Positions 8,665-17,117 of a stretch of DNA of 30,744 nucleotides are shown here, one piece after another. The DNA comes from an uncultured Chloroflexota bacterium. Lineage in GTDB: Bacteria > Chloroflexota > Limnocylindria > Limnocylindrales > Limnocylindraceae. The stretch lies in NCBI GenBank assembly GCA_937864085.1, contig CALMIH010000165.1, positions 1-30,744 on the forward strand, written 5' to 3'. The notes under the pieces were generated by a model. That model searched no databases. It saw only the letters and a list, made by a program, of their open reading frames with translations, and was not told the origin of the DNA. Within the stretch, counting starts at the first letter, position 1, and each line of letters begins with the position of its first letter. The position numbers and the translations under genes are program-made.

Positions 8665-9915
8665 TCAACTCTTCGAATCCAACGCGCCGGCGCGCTCGGC
8701 GGCCTTCGCCTCGTCCCAGAGCGTATCTAATGTGGCGAAGTCTGCCGTTTTCAGGTCGATCTTGCGCTCGGCGGCGCGCCGCTCCACCTCGCCGAAGCGG
8801 CGGCGGAACTTCTCGTTCGCCCCACGGAGCGCCGCCTCCGCGTCAATCCCGCTGCGGCGTCCAAGGTTCACCAGCACCGCCATCACGTCGCCGAGCTCGT
8901 CTTGCGCCGCAGCCAGCGTCGCAGCGCTCGTTGCACTGCGCCCCGTGATGCTGTCCGGGTTCCCCGCCGCCGCTAGTGCCTCAGTTAGCTCCTCGATCTC
9001 TTCGGTGAACTTCTCGCGCACGCCGTCCAGCGTTGGCCAGTCGTAGCCCATCGCGCTCGCGCGATCCTGTAGTTCGCGACTCGCCGACAGTGCCGGCAGC
9101 CCACGGCTGACGCCGCTCAGCGCGCTCTTGCTCTTTGGGCTTGTGTCGCCGCGTTCGGCGCGCTCCTCCGCCTTCACCGACTCCCAGGCGCGCTGCACCT
9201 CTCGGCTCGTCTCTGCCGTTCCCTCGCCAAAGACGTGCGGGTGACGGCGAATGATCTTCTTCGCGAGCCGCTCCTGCACGTCGGTGAGGTCGAACGCGCC
9301 ACGCTCCGCCGCCAGCTGTGTGTGGAGGACGATCTGCAAATAGACGTCGCCGAGCTCTTCGGCCATCGCCGCGTCCGTCGCAGCGCTCGGCGCCGCCGCC
9401 TGCGCCTCAATCGCATCGTGCAGCTCCCACGCCTCTTCAATCAGGTGCTTCGCTAGCGTCAGGTGCGTCTGCTCGCGATCCCACGGGCAGCCATCCGGCG
9501 CACGCAGTCGCGCGCTCAACCACGGCATCGCCCACGGCGAAGCGAGCGCCTCAATCGGCGCGAGTGGCGGGATAAGGAGCGCCTCCCATGCGCTGGACTG
9601 GTCAGCAGTAACGCTCTGTAGCGTGGTGGTCTCTCCTGATGGAAGGAGCGTCACGCGGTGCTGCGCACCGTAGAGGCGCTCCAGTAGCGCCACGCCACCA
9701 CCACCCCTCCCTGGAAGTTCGGCAGCGGCACCTTCGCGCGCCTCTGCTCGCGCAGCGGTTCGCGTGACGAAGAGTGGGAGGCGCGGGTCTGCCGCCGTTG
9801 ATGCGATCGCCGTGAGTGGGATGACCGCGAATCCGCCAGTCAGATCAACGTGCAGGGCAACCGTTCGCGCGGTTGCAATCAGTGACTCCACTGGGAGTTG
9901 GTCGCCGCGCGCCAT
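8665..9915 (-). CDS. mazG: MazG-family NTP pyrophosphohydrolase (tandem MazG) with a YabN-like N-terminal remnant
   Basis: [17 protein letters not shown] and EELGD motifs, RRHPHVFG, second domain ELGD and N.KF.RRF..VE. ATG 9915 overlaps the upstream TGA (TGATG). Confidence 0.93.
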   Translation of the reverse strand: MARGDQLPVESLIATARTVALHVDLTGGFAVIPLTAIASTAADPRLPLFVTRTAARAEAREGAAAELPGRGGGGVALLERLYGAQHRVTLLPSGETTTLQSVTADQSSAWEALLIPPLAPIEALASPWAMPWLSARLRAPDGCPWDREQTHLTLAKHLIEEAWELHDAIEAQAAAPSAATDAAMAEELGDVYLQIVLHTQLAAERGAFDLTDVQERLAKKIIRRHPHVFGEGTAETSREVQRAWESVKAEERAERGDTSPKSKSALSGVSRGLPALSASRELQDRASAMGYDWPTLDGVREKFTEEIEELTEALAAAGNPDSITGRSATSAATLAAAQDELGDVMAVLVNLGRRSGIDAEAALRGANEKFRRRFGEVERRAAERKIDLKTADFATLDTLWDEAKAAERAGALDSKS

Positions 9916-11642
9916 CACGGCGCTGGTGAGCCCCCCGCCTCCTGGACCACGCTACCGTCGATGGCAATCTCCGCCGTCTGTCGATACGTGTCGAGCCAGA
10001 CAAGGAAGCCGCTCGTCTTGATCGTCGCCTGCTGCTCTTCCGTGAGGGCGCGCTCTTCAATCGCGTTGATTTTGAAGATCACCATCTGGCTATTGAGCGT
10101 CTGCACGCTGCTCACTTCGCCTGCCGCGAGCAACCAGGCAGCTGAACCAATCTGCGCATTAAGCGAATAGCGGGAGGTGAAGCCAAGGTTGTCTGTGGTC
10201 ATCCCCTCAAACTCCTTCAGCGCCTCTGCGGCACGCGCATCAAAATCAACGGATGCGCCGGCAAGCTCCTGGGCGAGAATCTCCATGCGGAGCGTCATCC
10301 CCTCGCGGCGACCCTCAAACTGCATGACGTGATAACCAAACTCCGTCTTGATCGGGCCAAGGAGATCGCCAACCTGAAGGCCGTCTGCCCAGACGGCGTC
10401 TTCAAACGCAGGAACGTAGCTCCCCTTCGCCGCCCAGCCGAGCAGGCCGCCGTTTGCACCGGAGCCAGTATCGTCACTCTGATCTGCAAGTGACTCCATA
10501 GAGATCCCAGCTGCAATCTTCTCGTAGGCAGCCTTCGCCTCAGCCTCGGCGGCAGCCCAGGCTGGATCAGTGGTGTCCAAGCCTGCGGCCCCTGCTGAGT
10601 CGTCATTCGGGCTGTACAGGAGGTGGCGAACAAGCACCTCTTCAACCTCGCTGTTTCCCTGTGGCACTGGCACTGCAATGTAGCTGATGTCGCGCTGCTC
10701 AACTGGGTCAACCAGGAGTTCGGCGGTCACCACCTCGCTCAGTGCCTCGCTCAGAGCACGCTCACCAACCATCTTCTTGTAGAGGTCCATATTGATCTTT
10801 GCGTCGCTTGCACTTAAATCAAAGTTTGGATCTGCCTGCGCAGGCCGAATCTGGTCTACGTAGAAGATGGCCATCTGACTAGCTGACTGGCTGATCGCCT
10901 CGGTTGGGCCAGCCGCGGTGAGCGCCCAGGCGGCGGCGTAGGCCGGGTCCGTCAGCGGATCCTCAGCCTTTGTGCTCCACCCAATCCGCCCACCCTCTTC
11001 TGCATAGGAATCAGACGACTCTCGCTTCGCAATGGCTCCAAAGTCGCCACCGGACTTGATCTCCGCAATGATCGCATCGGCCCTCTGCTGCGCGGCGGCA
11101 ATCATTTTCTCCGTGGGTTCGCCAGTTTTCGGGTCGCTTGCAACCTTGATCGAAATGCGGCGCAAGAGGCGCAGCTCAGGGGTTGCTGTCTCATCTGCCC
11201 ATGCGGCATCGACCGCAGCCTGATCAATCGTGACGTTCTTTTCAGTCGCAAGTTGCGCAACAAGAAGGGCATCAATCATGTCTGACGTCAGCTGGCTGCT
11301 CAGGTTCGTCCCCGCATCGTCAAGCTGCTGTAGGAGCGCGTTACCTTGGTCATTAGTCAGTGTTCCGGCAGAGACGCGTGCCCTAATCCGTGCAGCCTCA
11401 AGGTTCAGGCGGAAGTTTGCAATCTCGCCACGTGCCTTCGCCTCTCCTACGCTAATTGAGGAGCCGTTCACCGCAACTGCAGATGCGTAGTTATCACTCC
11501 ACCAGCCCACGGCCAAGACGCCAGCGAGGAGCAGGGTAGAGAGGGCAATGGCCCCAAAGAAGGCAAAGTTGGTGAGCACGGATTTGTCCGTTGCGTGATA
11601 CCGCGCTACAGCACTGGCGCGAAGTTTTGCGATCGGATTCAC
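9915..11642 (-). CDS. Membrane-anchored PrsA/SurA/PpiD-like peptidylprolyl isomerase (parvulin repeats)
   Basis: N-terminal TM helix; SurA-N-like AVAVNG.SI; intact parvulin VRHLLY...SDD.GS..NGGLLGW...VPAFEDAV...GPIKTEFGYHV. SD AAGGAG before the GTG. Confidence 0.88.
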   Translation of the reverse strand: MNPIAKLRASAVARYHATDKSVLTNFAFFGAIALSTLLLAGVLAVGWWSDNYASAVAVNGSSISVGEAKARGEIANFRLNLEAARIRARVSAGTLTNDQGNALLQQLDDAGTNLSSQLTSDMIDALLVAQLATEKNVTIDQAAVDAAWADETATPELRLLRRISIKVASDPKTGEPTEKMIAAAQQRADAIIAEIKSGGDFGAIAKRESSDSYAEEGGRIGWSTKAEDPLTDPAYAAAWALTAAGPTEAISQSASQMAIFYVDQIRPAQADPNFDLSASDAKINMDLYKKMVGERALSEALSEVVTAELLVDPVEQRDISYIAVPVPQGNSEVEEVLVRHLLYSPNDDSAGAAGLDTTDPAWAAAEAEAKAAYEKIAAGISMESLADQSDDTGSGANGGLLGWAAKGSYVPAFEDAVWADGLQVGDLLGPIKTEFGYHVMQFEGRREGMTLRMEILAQELAGASVDFDARAAEALKEFEGMTTDNLGFTSRYSLNAQIGSAAWLLAAGEVSSVQTLNSQMVIFKINAIEERALTEEQQATIKTSGFLVWLDTYRQTAEIAIDGSVVQEAGGSPAP

Positions 11643-11694
11643 GGGATTAACTCTCCTTCAGGCATGCTGCCTCACACTTGGGGCACGTGGGATC

Positions 11695-11718
11695 AGTATA
11701 GGGGGTGAATGCTATCCT
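11695..11718. promoter_or_regulatory. Back-to-back -10 boxes: TATACT (minus, 11695-11700) and extended TGcTATCCT (plus, hexamer 11713-11718)
   Basis: Both match TANNNT, lie 12 bp apart in the 85-bp divergent spacer, and each points at its flanking gene. Confidence 0.5.
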
Positions 11719-11727
11719 CTCGCCACA

Positions 11728-12582
11728 ATGGCAAATGCATCACTCCGCCTCACCGTGGGCCGCCCAAAACAAGGCCCAGTCGGGACGATTGCCGAGACGA
11801 TCAAGAGCGTGATTCACCGACGCCGCCTCCTCCTCTACCTCACGATTGCCAAGGTCCGACAAGATGGCGGCAACTCCCTGCTCGGCAATCTCTGGCTCGT
11901 CCTTGACCCAGCGATCCAGCTTGCGATCTACTACTTCCTCGTTGGCATGGTGTTAGATCGGCCACAGCCAGCCTTTGCGCTCTTCCTCTTCTCTGCCATC
12001 CTCCCGTGGCGCTGGCTTAGCATGGCGCTCGGCGGCGCTGCCAATTCGGTCCGAGTGAAGGACAAGGTGATGCGCCAGATCGCATTCCCACACATCGTCC
12101 TCCCGATCGCCTCGCTCTCCGCAAGTAGCGCCAGCTTCCTCTTTGGGCTCTTGCCGCTCTGCTGCCTCTACCTCATCTACCCCGAGCGGCTCACGCCATG
12201 GGTCTTCTCGTTTCCGCTCATTGGAGTTGTGCAACTCCTCTGGATGCTTCCACTCGCGATTCTCTTTAGCGCACTCAGCGTCTTCTTTAGGGACATCAGC
12301 AACATCCTCACGCACACCCTTCGGGTTGCCTTCTACCTCTCTCCAGCCCTCTTCAGCTACGACCGCGTCTTGGAGATTCTTGAGCAACGCCCTCCAGCGC
12401 GCCTCCTGCTTGACCTCAACCCAATGGCCTGGATCTTGACTGCGTACCGCGACATCTTTTACGAAGGGCGATCTGCGGACTGGGGTGCGCTCTTAGGAGT
12501 CGCACTCGCCTCGATCCCCTTTACGCTCGTGAGCATCTACCTCTTCCGCCGCATGGCGCCGTCCTTCCCGAAGGTTCTCTAG
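11728..12582 (+). CDS. ABC-2 type polysaccharide/teichoic acid export permease (Wzm/TagG-like)
   Basis: SLLGNLWLVLDPAIQLAIYYF, FLFSAILPW, FFRDISNI, FYLSP..F and LNPMA motifs; about 6 TM helices. Confidence 0.9.
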   Translation: MANASLRLTVGRPKQGPVGTIAETIKSVIHRRRLLLYLTIAKVRQDGGNSLLGNLWLVLDPAIQLAIYYFLVGMVLDRPQPAFALFLFSAILPWRWLSMALGGAANSVRVKDKVMRQIAFPHIVLPIASLSASSASFLFGLLPLCCLYLIYPERLTPWVFSFPLIGVVQLLWMLPLAILFSALSVFFRDISNILTHTLRVAFYLSPALFSYDRVLEILEQRPPARLLLDLNPMAWILTAYRDIFYEGRSADWGALLGVALASIPFTLVSIYLFRRMAPSFPKVL

Positions 12583-13341
12583 ATGGGCGCGCCGCATCCA
12601 ATCTCACTCAAGGGGGCTGGGGTCCGCTACAACATGCGTCTCAAGCGGAAGCGCTCATTACGTAAATCTGTGACGAAGGCCTCTCGACTAGACGCTCAGG
12701 GCTACTTTTGGGCGCTTAGGGATATCAACCTTGAAATCCAAGAAGGTGAGACGGTTGCAGTGATCGGTGCCAACGGTGCGGGGAAGAGCACGCTGCTTTT
12801 AATGCTGGCCGGCATCCTTGAGCCAGATGAGGGGAGCGTTGCCGTGTATGGAGCGATCTCAACTCTGCTCCATATTGGTGCGGGCTTTGATGACGAACTA
12901 AACGCGGAAGAGAATATCCTTCTTGTCGGCGCATTCCTTGGAATCCCTGCCTCCATTATGAAGAAGCGGGTTCCAGAGATCCTGGAGTTCGCTGACATTG
13001 GCGACTTTGCAAGCGCGGAAGTCCGAACGTATAGCTCTGGCATGCGGGCACGCCTCGGATTTAGCGTTGCGACTGCGGTGAGCCCAGATGTCTTACTCGT
13101 CGACGAAGTGCTCTCCACTGGAGACGCCTCATTTAGAGATAAGGCGAGAACTCGAATCCTTGACCTAATGAAGAGGGCGCGCGCGGTGGTGTACGTGACG
13201 CATGATCTTGACTCTGCGGCATCGTTCTGTACACGAGCGATCGAGCTTGAGGGAGGGCAGATCGTTGCCGATGGCCCCGCGAAGAGCGTGATCGCCGCCT
13301 ACCAGGCGAAGATGGAGCGAAAGGCGAAGGGGTCGAGTTAG
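12583..13341 (+). CDS. Polysaccharide/teichoic acid export ABC ATPase (Wzt/TagH-like), no C-terminal carbohydrate-binding domain
   Basis: FWALRDINLEI, Walker A GANGAGKST, YSSGMRARLGF signature, Walker B LLVDE; only 252 aa. Confidence 0.92.
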   Translation: MGAPHPISLKGAGVRYNMRLKRKRSLRKSVTKASRLDAQGYFWALRDINLEIQEGETVAVIGANGAGKSTLLLMLAGILEPDEGSVAVYGAISTLLHIGAGFDDELNAEENILLVGAFLGIPASIMKKRVPEILEFADIGDFASAEVRTYSSGMRARLGFSVATAVSPDVLLVDEVLSTGDASFRDKARTRILDLMKRARAVVYVTHDLDSAASFCTRAIELEGGQIVADGPAKSVIAAYQAKMERKAKGSS

Positions 13342-14225
13342 GGGGCCGCGCTTGGGAGCTGGAGACCGCCGCCGTAGTTCAGGATCACCAGCAGCGTTCG
13401 CGCAGAATCTAACTCTAGGATTGGCTTCACCTCGGCACTCTTGATCACCGCGCCAGAAGGGTCGCTCACGGTGACAACGCGGCCAATAGAGAGGCCGCGC
13501 GGGAAGGCGGAGCGAAGCGCAGAGCTGAGCTCAATCCCGGAGGTGGTGACCTCGGCGCCAACCGGCACGTCACGGAGCGCATCAATGTCATCAAAAACGA
13601 GCGGGTTTGCGCCCCGCCCATGAAGGAGGCCGATCGCTCCGGTCGTAGCGATCTCTGCCGTGACGGTGAACTCTGGGTCACTCATGAGTCGCACCTGTGC
13701 GCTCCCCTCCGTAACTGAGATGACGCGACCAGCGAGCGTCCCGCCCGCACCGATCACTACGTCGCCTTCAGTGATCCCATCGCGCGTCCCGCGATCGATG
13801 ATGGCCAGCCGTTTCCCAATCTCAAAGTCTCGCGCCACCACCTGCACCGCAATGCTGCTGAACGAGATTGACGAGCGAAGGTCAAGGATCGCCTGCAGTT
13901 CAGTAATCTCTCGTTCAAGGCTCGCCACGCGCACGGCGGAGGCGACGGCCTCATCGCGCTCTTGCAGCGTGAGGGCGAGACGCGTGCGAAGCGCCTGAAC
14001 GTCAGCGGCAACTGCGCCGATCACAGCAAGGCCGCGCCCAACCGCGGCGATCGGCTCTGTTACGACACGGAGCACGCTGGAGGCGCCGTCGCGCACCGCA
14101 ATGCTTGGTGGGGTGCTAGAGGTGAGGAGGAGGAGCAGCGAAAGGACAATCAGGGCTGGAGTGCCACGCCCGCCGAGTGAGACTCCTGTGCGACGCCCCG
14201 TTCGAAGCCGTGAACGAAAGAGCAT
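13338..14225 (-). CDS. mreC: Rod shape-determining protein MreC
   Basis: TM helix plus coiled coil, IIDRGTRDGI, LAGRV, EVTTSG and FPRGLSIGRV motifs; follows mreB. Confidence 0.93.
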   Translation of the reverse strand: MLFRSRLRTGRRTGVSLGGRGTPALIVLSLLLLLTSSTPPSIAVRDGASSVLRVVTEPIAAVGRGLAVIGAVAADVQALRTRLALTLQERDEAVASAVRVASLEREITELQAILDLRSSISFSSIAVQVVARDFEIGKRLAIIDRGTRDGITEGDVVIGAGGTLAGRVISVTEGSAQVRLMSDPEFTVTAEIATTGAIGLLHGRGANPLVFDDIDALRDVPVGAEVTTSGIELSSALRSAFPRGLSIGRVVTVSDPSGAVIKSAEVKPILELDSARTLLVILNYGGGLQLPSAAP

Positions 14226-14234
14226 GAGAGACCG

Positions 14235-15287
14235 CTACCGAAGTGGGCGCTGGTAGGTCTCTGGTACGAGCAGCTTCTCCAGCGTCTCCACCTCTTGCAG
14301 GATGATCCCCGTGCCGCGCACCACGCAGGTGAGCGGGTCATCCGCAATGCGGACCGGCATATTCGTCTCGGCGGCGAGTCGAATCTCAATTCCTAGCAGC
14401 AGCGCACCACCACCGGCGAGAACGATCCCCTGATCCATGATGTCCGCCACCAGCTCGGGTGGCGTCTCTTCAATAGTGTCACGAACCGCGTTGACGATCT
14501 CAACGAGCGATGGTTCAAGCGCTTCACGAATCTGCGGCGCACCAACCTCAACCGAACGTGGCAGGCCAGTGAGGAGGTCGCGTCCGCGCAGAGTGATGCG
14601 CTGCGCGTCCCACTCGCCAGAGTGCGCCGAACCGATCGCGATCTTGATGTCCTCTGCGGTGCGCTCGCCAAGGAGCATGTTGTACTTGCGGCGAGCGTAG
14701 GCAACGATGTTTTCGTCCATCTCGTCGCCAGCAATGCGAATGCTCCGCGCTGTGACGATGCCGCCGAGGCTCGTCACTGCAACTTCTGTGGTGCCACCGC
14801 CAATGTCAACAATCATGCTGCCGGATGGCTCAGCAATGGCGAGCCCTGCCCCGATCGCGGCGGCCATCGGCTCTTCAACGAGACGGACCCATCGTGCCCC
14901 CGCCTTCAACGCCGCGTCACGCACGGCGCGCTTCTCCACTTCCGTCACGCCGGATGGAATGCCGATGATCATGCGCGGTCGCGCAGCCAGCCAGCCGCCA
15001 GAGTGCACCTTACGCACGTAGTAGCTGATCATCTGTTCCGTCACCGCTGCGTCAGAGATGACGCCGTCGCGGAGCGGTCGAATGGCAACGATGTTCGCTG
15101 GGGTTCGGCCGAGCATGCGCTTCGCTTCAGCGCCAATGGCGATCACCTTGCGCGACTTCGCCTCAACGGCAACAACAGAGGGCTCGCTGATGACGATCCC
15201 TTTCCCATGCACATGGACGAGCGTGTTCGCCGTGCCAAGGTCGATCCCAACATCGTTGGAGAAGAGGCTGTAGAGGCGGTTGAGCAT
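14235..15287 (-). CDS. mreB: Rod shape-determining protein MreB
   Basis: GIDLGTANT, EPSVVA, RPLRDGVI, EEPMAAAIGAG, VDIGGGTTE, LAGGGALL. Confidence 0.99.
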   Translation of the reverse strand: MLNRLYSLFSNDVGIDLGTANTLVHVHGKGIVISEPSVVAVEAKSRKVIAIGAEAKRMLGRTPANIVAIRPLRDGVISDAAVTEQMISYYVRKVHSGGWLAARPRMIIGIPSGVTEVEKRAVRDAALKAGARWVRLVEEPMAAAIGAGLAIAEPSGSMIVDIGGGTTEVAVTSLGGIVTARSIRIAGDEMDENIVAYARRKYNMLLGERTAEDIKIAIGSAHSGEWDAQRITLRGRDLLTGLPRSVEVGAPQIREALEPSLVEIVNAVRDTIEETPPELVADIMDQGIVLAGGGALLLGIEIRLAAETNMPVRIADDPLTCVVRGTGIILQEVETLEKLLVPETYQRPLR

Positions 15288-15293
15288 TGAGCG

Positions 15294-15299
15294 ATGGTA
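15294..15299 (-). promoter_or_regulatory. Putative -10 box (TACCAT), leaderless start of mreB
   Basis: TACCAT-cgctca-ATG with no SD, inside the 26-bp radC-mreB gap. Confidence 0.55.
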
Positions 15300-15313
15300 G
15301 CACCAGCCTCCCG

Positions 15314-15985
15314 CTAGTCTGGCGCCGCCGTGGTCGCCCAGATCGTGGGTCGCTGCGAACGGATGCTCGCCCAGCGGCCGTGCCCGATCACAAGGTGATC
15401 GAGGAACTCAAGATCGAGCAGTCGTGCCGCGGCCACCACCTCCGCCGTTAGCCGCAAGTCCTCCTCCGATGGCTCCGGATCACCGCTCGGATGGTTGTGC
15501 ACGAGTGCAAAGCCGACACCACCCCCATCTACGACTGGGCGGAGCAGCTCAGCGATGCGCACGCTCGTCCCCGTCGCCGTTCCTACATACACCTGGTGCA
15601 ACGCAAGCAGCCCGTTACGCCCGTCAACTACAGCAACGTGAAGTTCTTCCTGCTCGCGCCGCGCAAGCAGCGGCGTAGCGAGCGCAGCAAGGTCCGCTGG
15701 CGACTGCACACGCTGACGCCCCACCGGCCACCACGAAGCCGCCGTGGAGAGTGCCTGCATTACCTGCTGCACGCGTTCCGACTCTTCCACAGACACGCCT
15801 GCGCGAATCAGTCGCGCGCCGATGCGCGTGTGAAAGAGCTGCTCCGGCTCACCCTTCAACGCGTGACGAAGACGTTCAGCAAGTCCAGTAATTCCTGCCA
15901 ACACTTCGATCGCAGTGAGGAGGTTGTCGTCACTATGCGTCGCTCCGCTGGATGTATTGGCTTTTGGGCTCTCTGCGATCGTCAC
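15314..15985 (-). CDS. radC: RadC-like (UPF0758) JAB-domain protein
   Basis: EQEE...HNHPSGDPEPSEED...LDHLVIG JAMM motif. GTG 15985 chosen because it follows SD GGAGGT. Upstream of mreBC, as in Bacillus subtilis. Confidence 0.88.
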   Translation of the reverse strand: MTIAESPKANTSSGATHSDDNLLTAIEVLAGITGLAERLRHALKGEPEQLFHTRIGARLIRAGVSVEESERVQQVMQALSTAASWWPVGRQRVQSPADLAALATPLLARREQEELHVAVVDGRNGLLALHQVYVGTATGTSVRIAELLRPVVDGGGVGFALVHNHPSGDPEPSEEDLRLTAEVVAAARLLDLEFLDHLVIGHGRWASIRSQRPTIWATTAAPD

Positions 15986-16139
15986 ACTCACCTCCGGTTG
16001 TATATGGTGCCTCCGGTGACGCGGCGAGCCCGCCGTTTTCCCGCTACGCCACCGAAGGCATCGCCACTATGCGCCGCGCCGCGTAGCGCACGCGTACGCG
16101 CCGCGTGTGGAAATGTGGGTGGGCCGCGCGGGGGTGAGG

Positions 16140-17117
16140 TTACGCCGCGAAGGTGGCGAGAACGAGCACCGCGTTATACGCGGCGTGCAAGACGATCGTG
16201 GCGAGGAGTGAGCGACGACGTACCCAGAGCCATCCGAGTGCGAGGCCGAGCGGGAGTCGAATCGCGAAGGCGACTCCAGCAACGGCGAGCGCGTCGCCGA
16301 TGCTTTCGCCGCCGATATTGAGCGTGTGCGCAAAGGCGAAGACGATCGCGGAGAAGACAATCGCACGACGCGCGCCTGACTGACGACCCCACGCCTGTGC
16401 GATCACGCCGCGATAAAGGATCTCCTCGCCGATCGGCGCAACGATCACTGCACTGAGCAAGTTGAACAGGAGTGCGCGGCTGCCATCTGATGGCGGGAGC
16501 GGGGAGTCTGGGACCGCACCCGTGCTCTGAATCAGCAGTGTACTGAACAGCGCCGCCGCAACCACGATCGGTACCGTGAGCGCGAGCCCCCAGGCAACAT
16601 CGCCGAGTGCGCCGCCGCGCCGGTCGGCGACGGGGAGGTTGGGTGAAACGATGCGGTGCTCTCCTGCAATCTCGCGCCACTGCGCCGCACCGGTCCCAAC
16701 CACGATGAGGGCAACGACGAGGGTTGTGGCGAGGTTCGTGCTGAGCGCGATCGCGAGCGTTGCCGACGCGGCATCTAACTGCGCAAATCCACCAAATGGC
16801 ACGAAGAGGATGAGGAGCAGGCCAGGGGCGAGGATGGCGAGTGGGAGCGCCGACCAGAAGACTGCCATTGGGCCAGGGCCGCGCCAGCTCCACTCCGGTG
16901 TGTCAACGGAGCGTTGCAGTGCGGATGCACCGCTCAGTCCAATCAGTCCAAGGCTGAGAACAAGAAGGCTGATGGCGAGTGCAAGGTCCCCCGCCCCTGC
17001 GATCCCTGCAAAAAAAAGCGAGCCGCCGCCAACGCTTGCGAGCAGACCAAGGACGTAGAGCGCTGGTGCCTCACGACCAGCCAGCTGAAGAAGGCCCGGC
17101 CGCGGGCGGACGTCCAT
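16140..17117 (-). CDS. CPBP (Abi/type II CAAX) family intramembrane metalloprotease
   Basis: APIGEEILYRG, FAFAH and HAAYN motifs; multiple TM helices. Confidence 0.92.
   Translation of the reverse strand: MDVRPRPGLLQLAGREAPALYVLGLLASVGGGSLFFAGIAGAGDLALAISLLVLSLGLIGLSGASALQRSVDTPEWSWRGPGPMAVFWSALPLAILAPGLLLILFVPFGGFAQLDAASATLAIALSTNLATTLVVALIVVGTGAAQWREIAGEHRIVSPNLPVADRRGGALGDVAWGLALTVPIVVAAALFSTLLIQSTGAVPDSPLPPSDGSRALLFNLLSAVIVAPIGEEILYRGVIAQAWGRQSGARRAIVFSAIVFAFAHTLNIGGESIGDALAVAGVAFAIRLPLGLALGWLWVRRRSLLATIVLHAAYNAVLVLATFAA

Noticed and set aside
15314-15985. RadC/JAB as a marker of a mobile element or a CBASS/ubiquitin-like defence system
   Set aside because: It sits in the chromosomal radC-mreBC position with no E1/E2, cyclase or mobility genes.
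16000-16070. Resemblance to fluoride (GGCGAUG) or c-di-AMP ydaO (CCGGAGGC) riboswitches
   Set aside because: Only short words match; the required pairing partners and core segments are absent. Kept only as an unclassified structured region.
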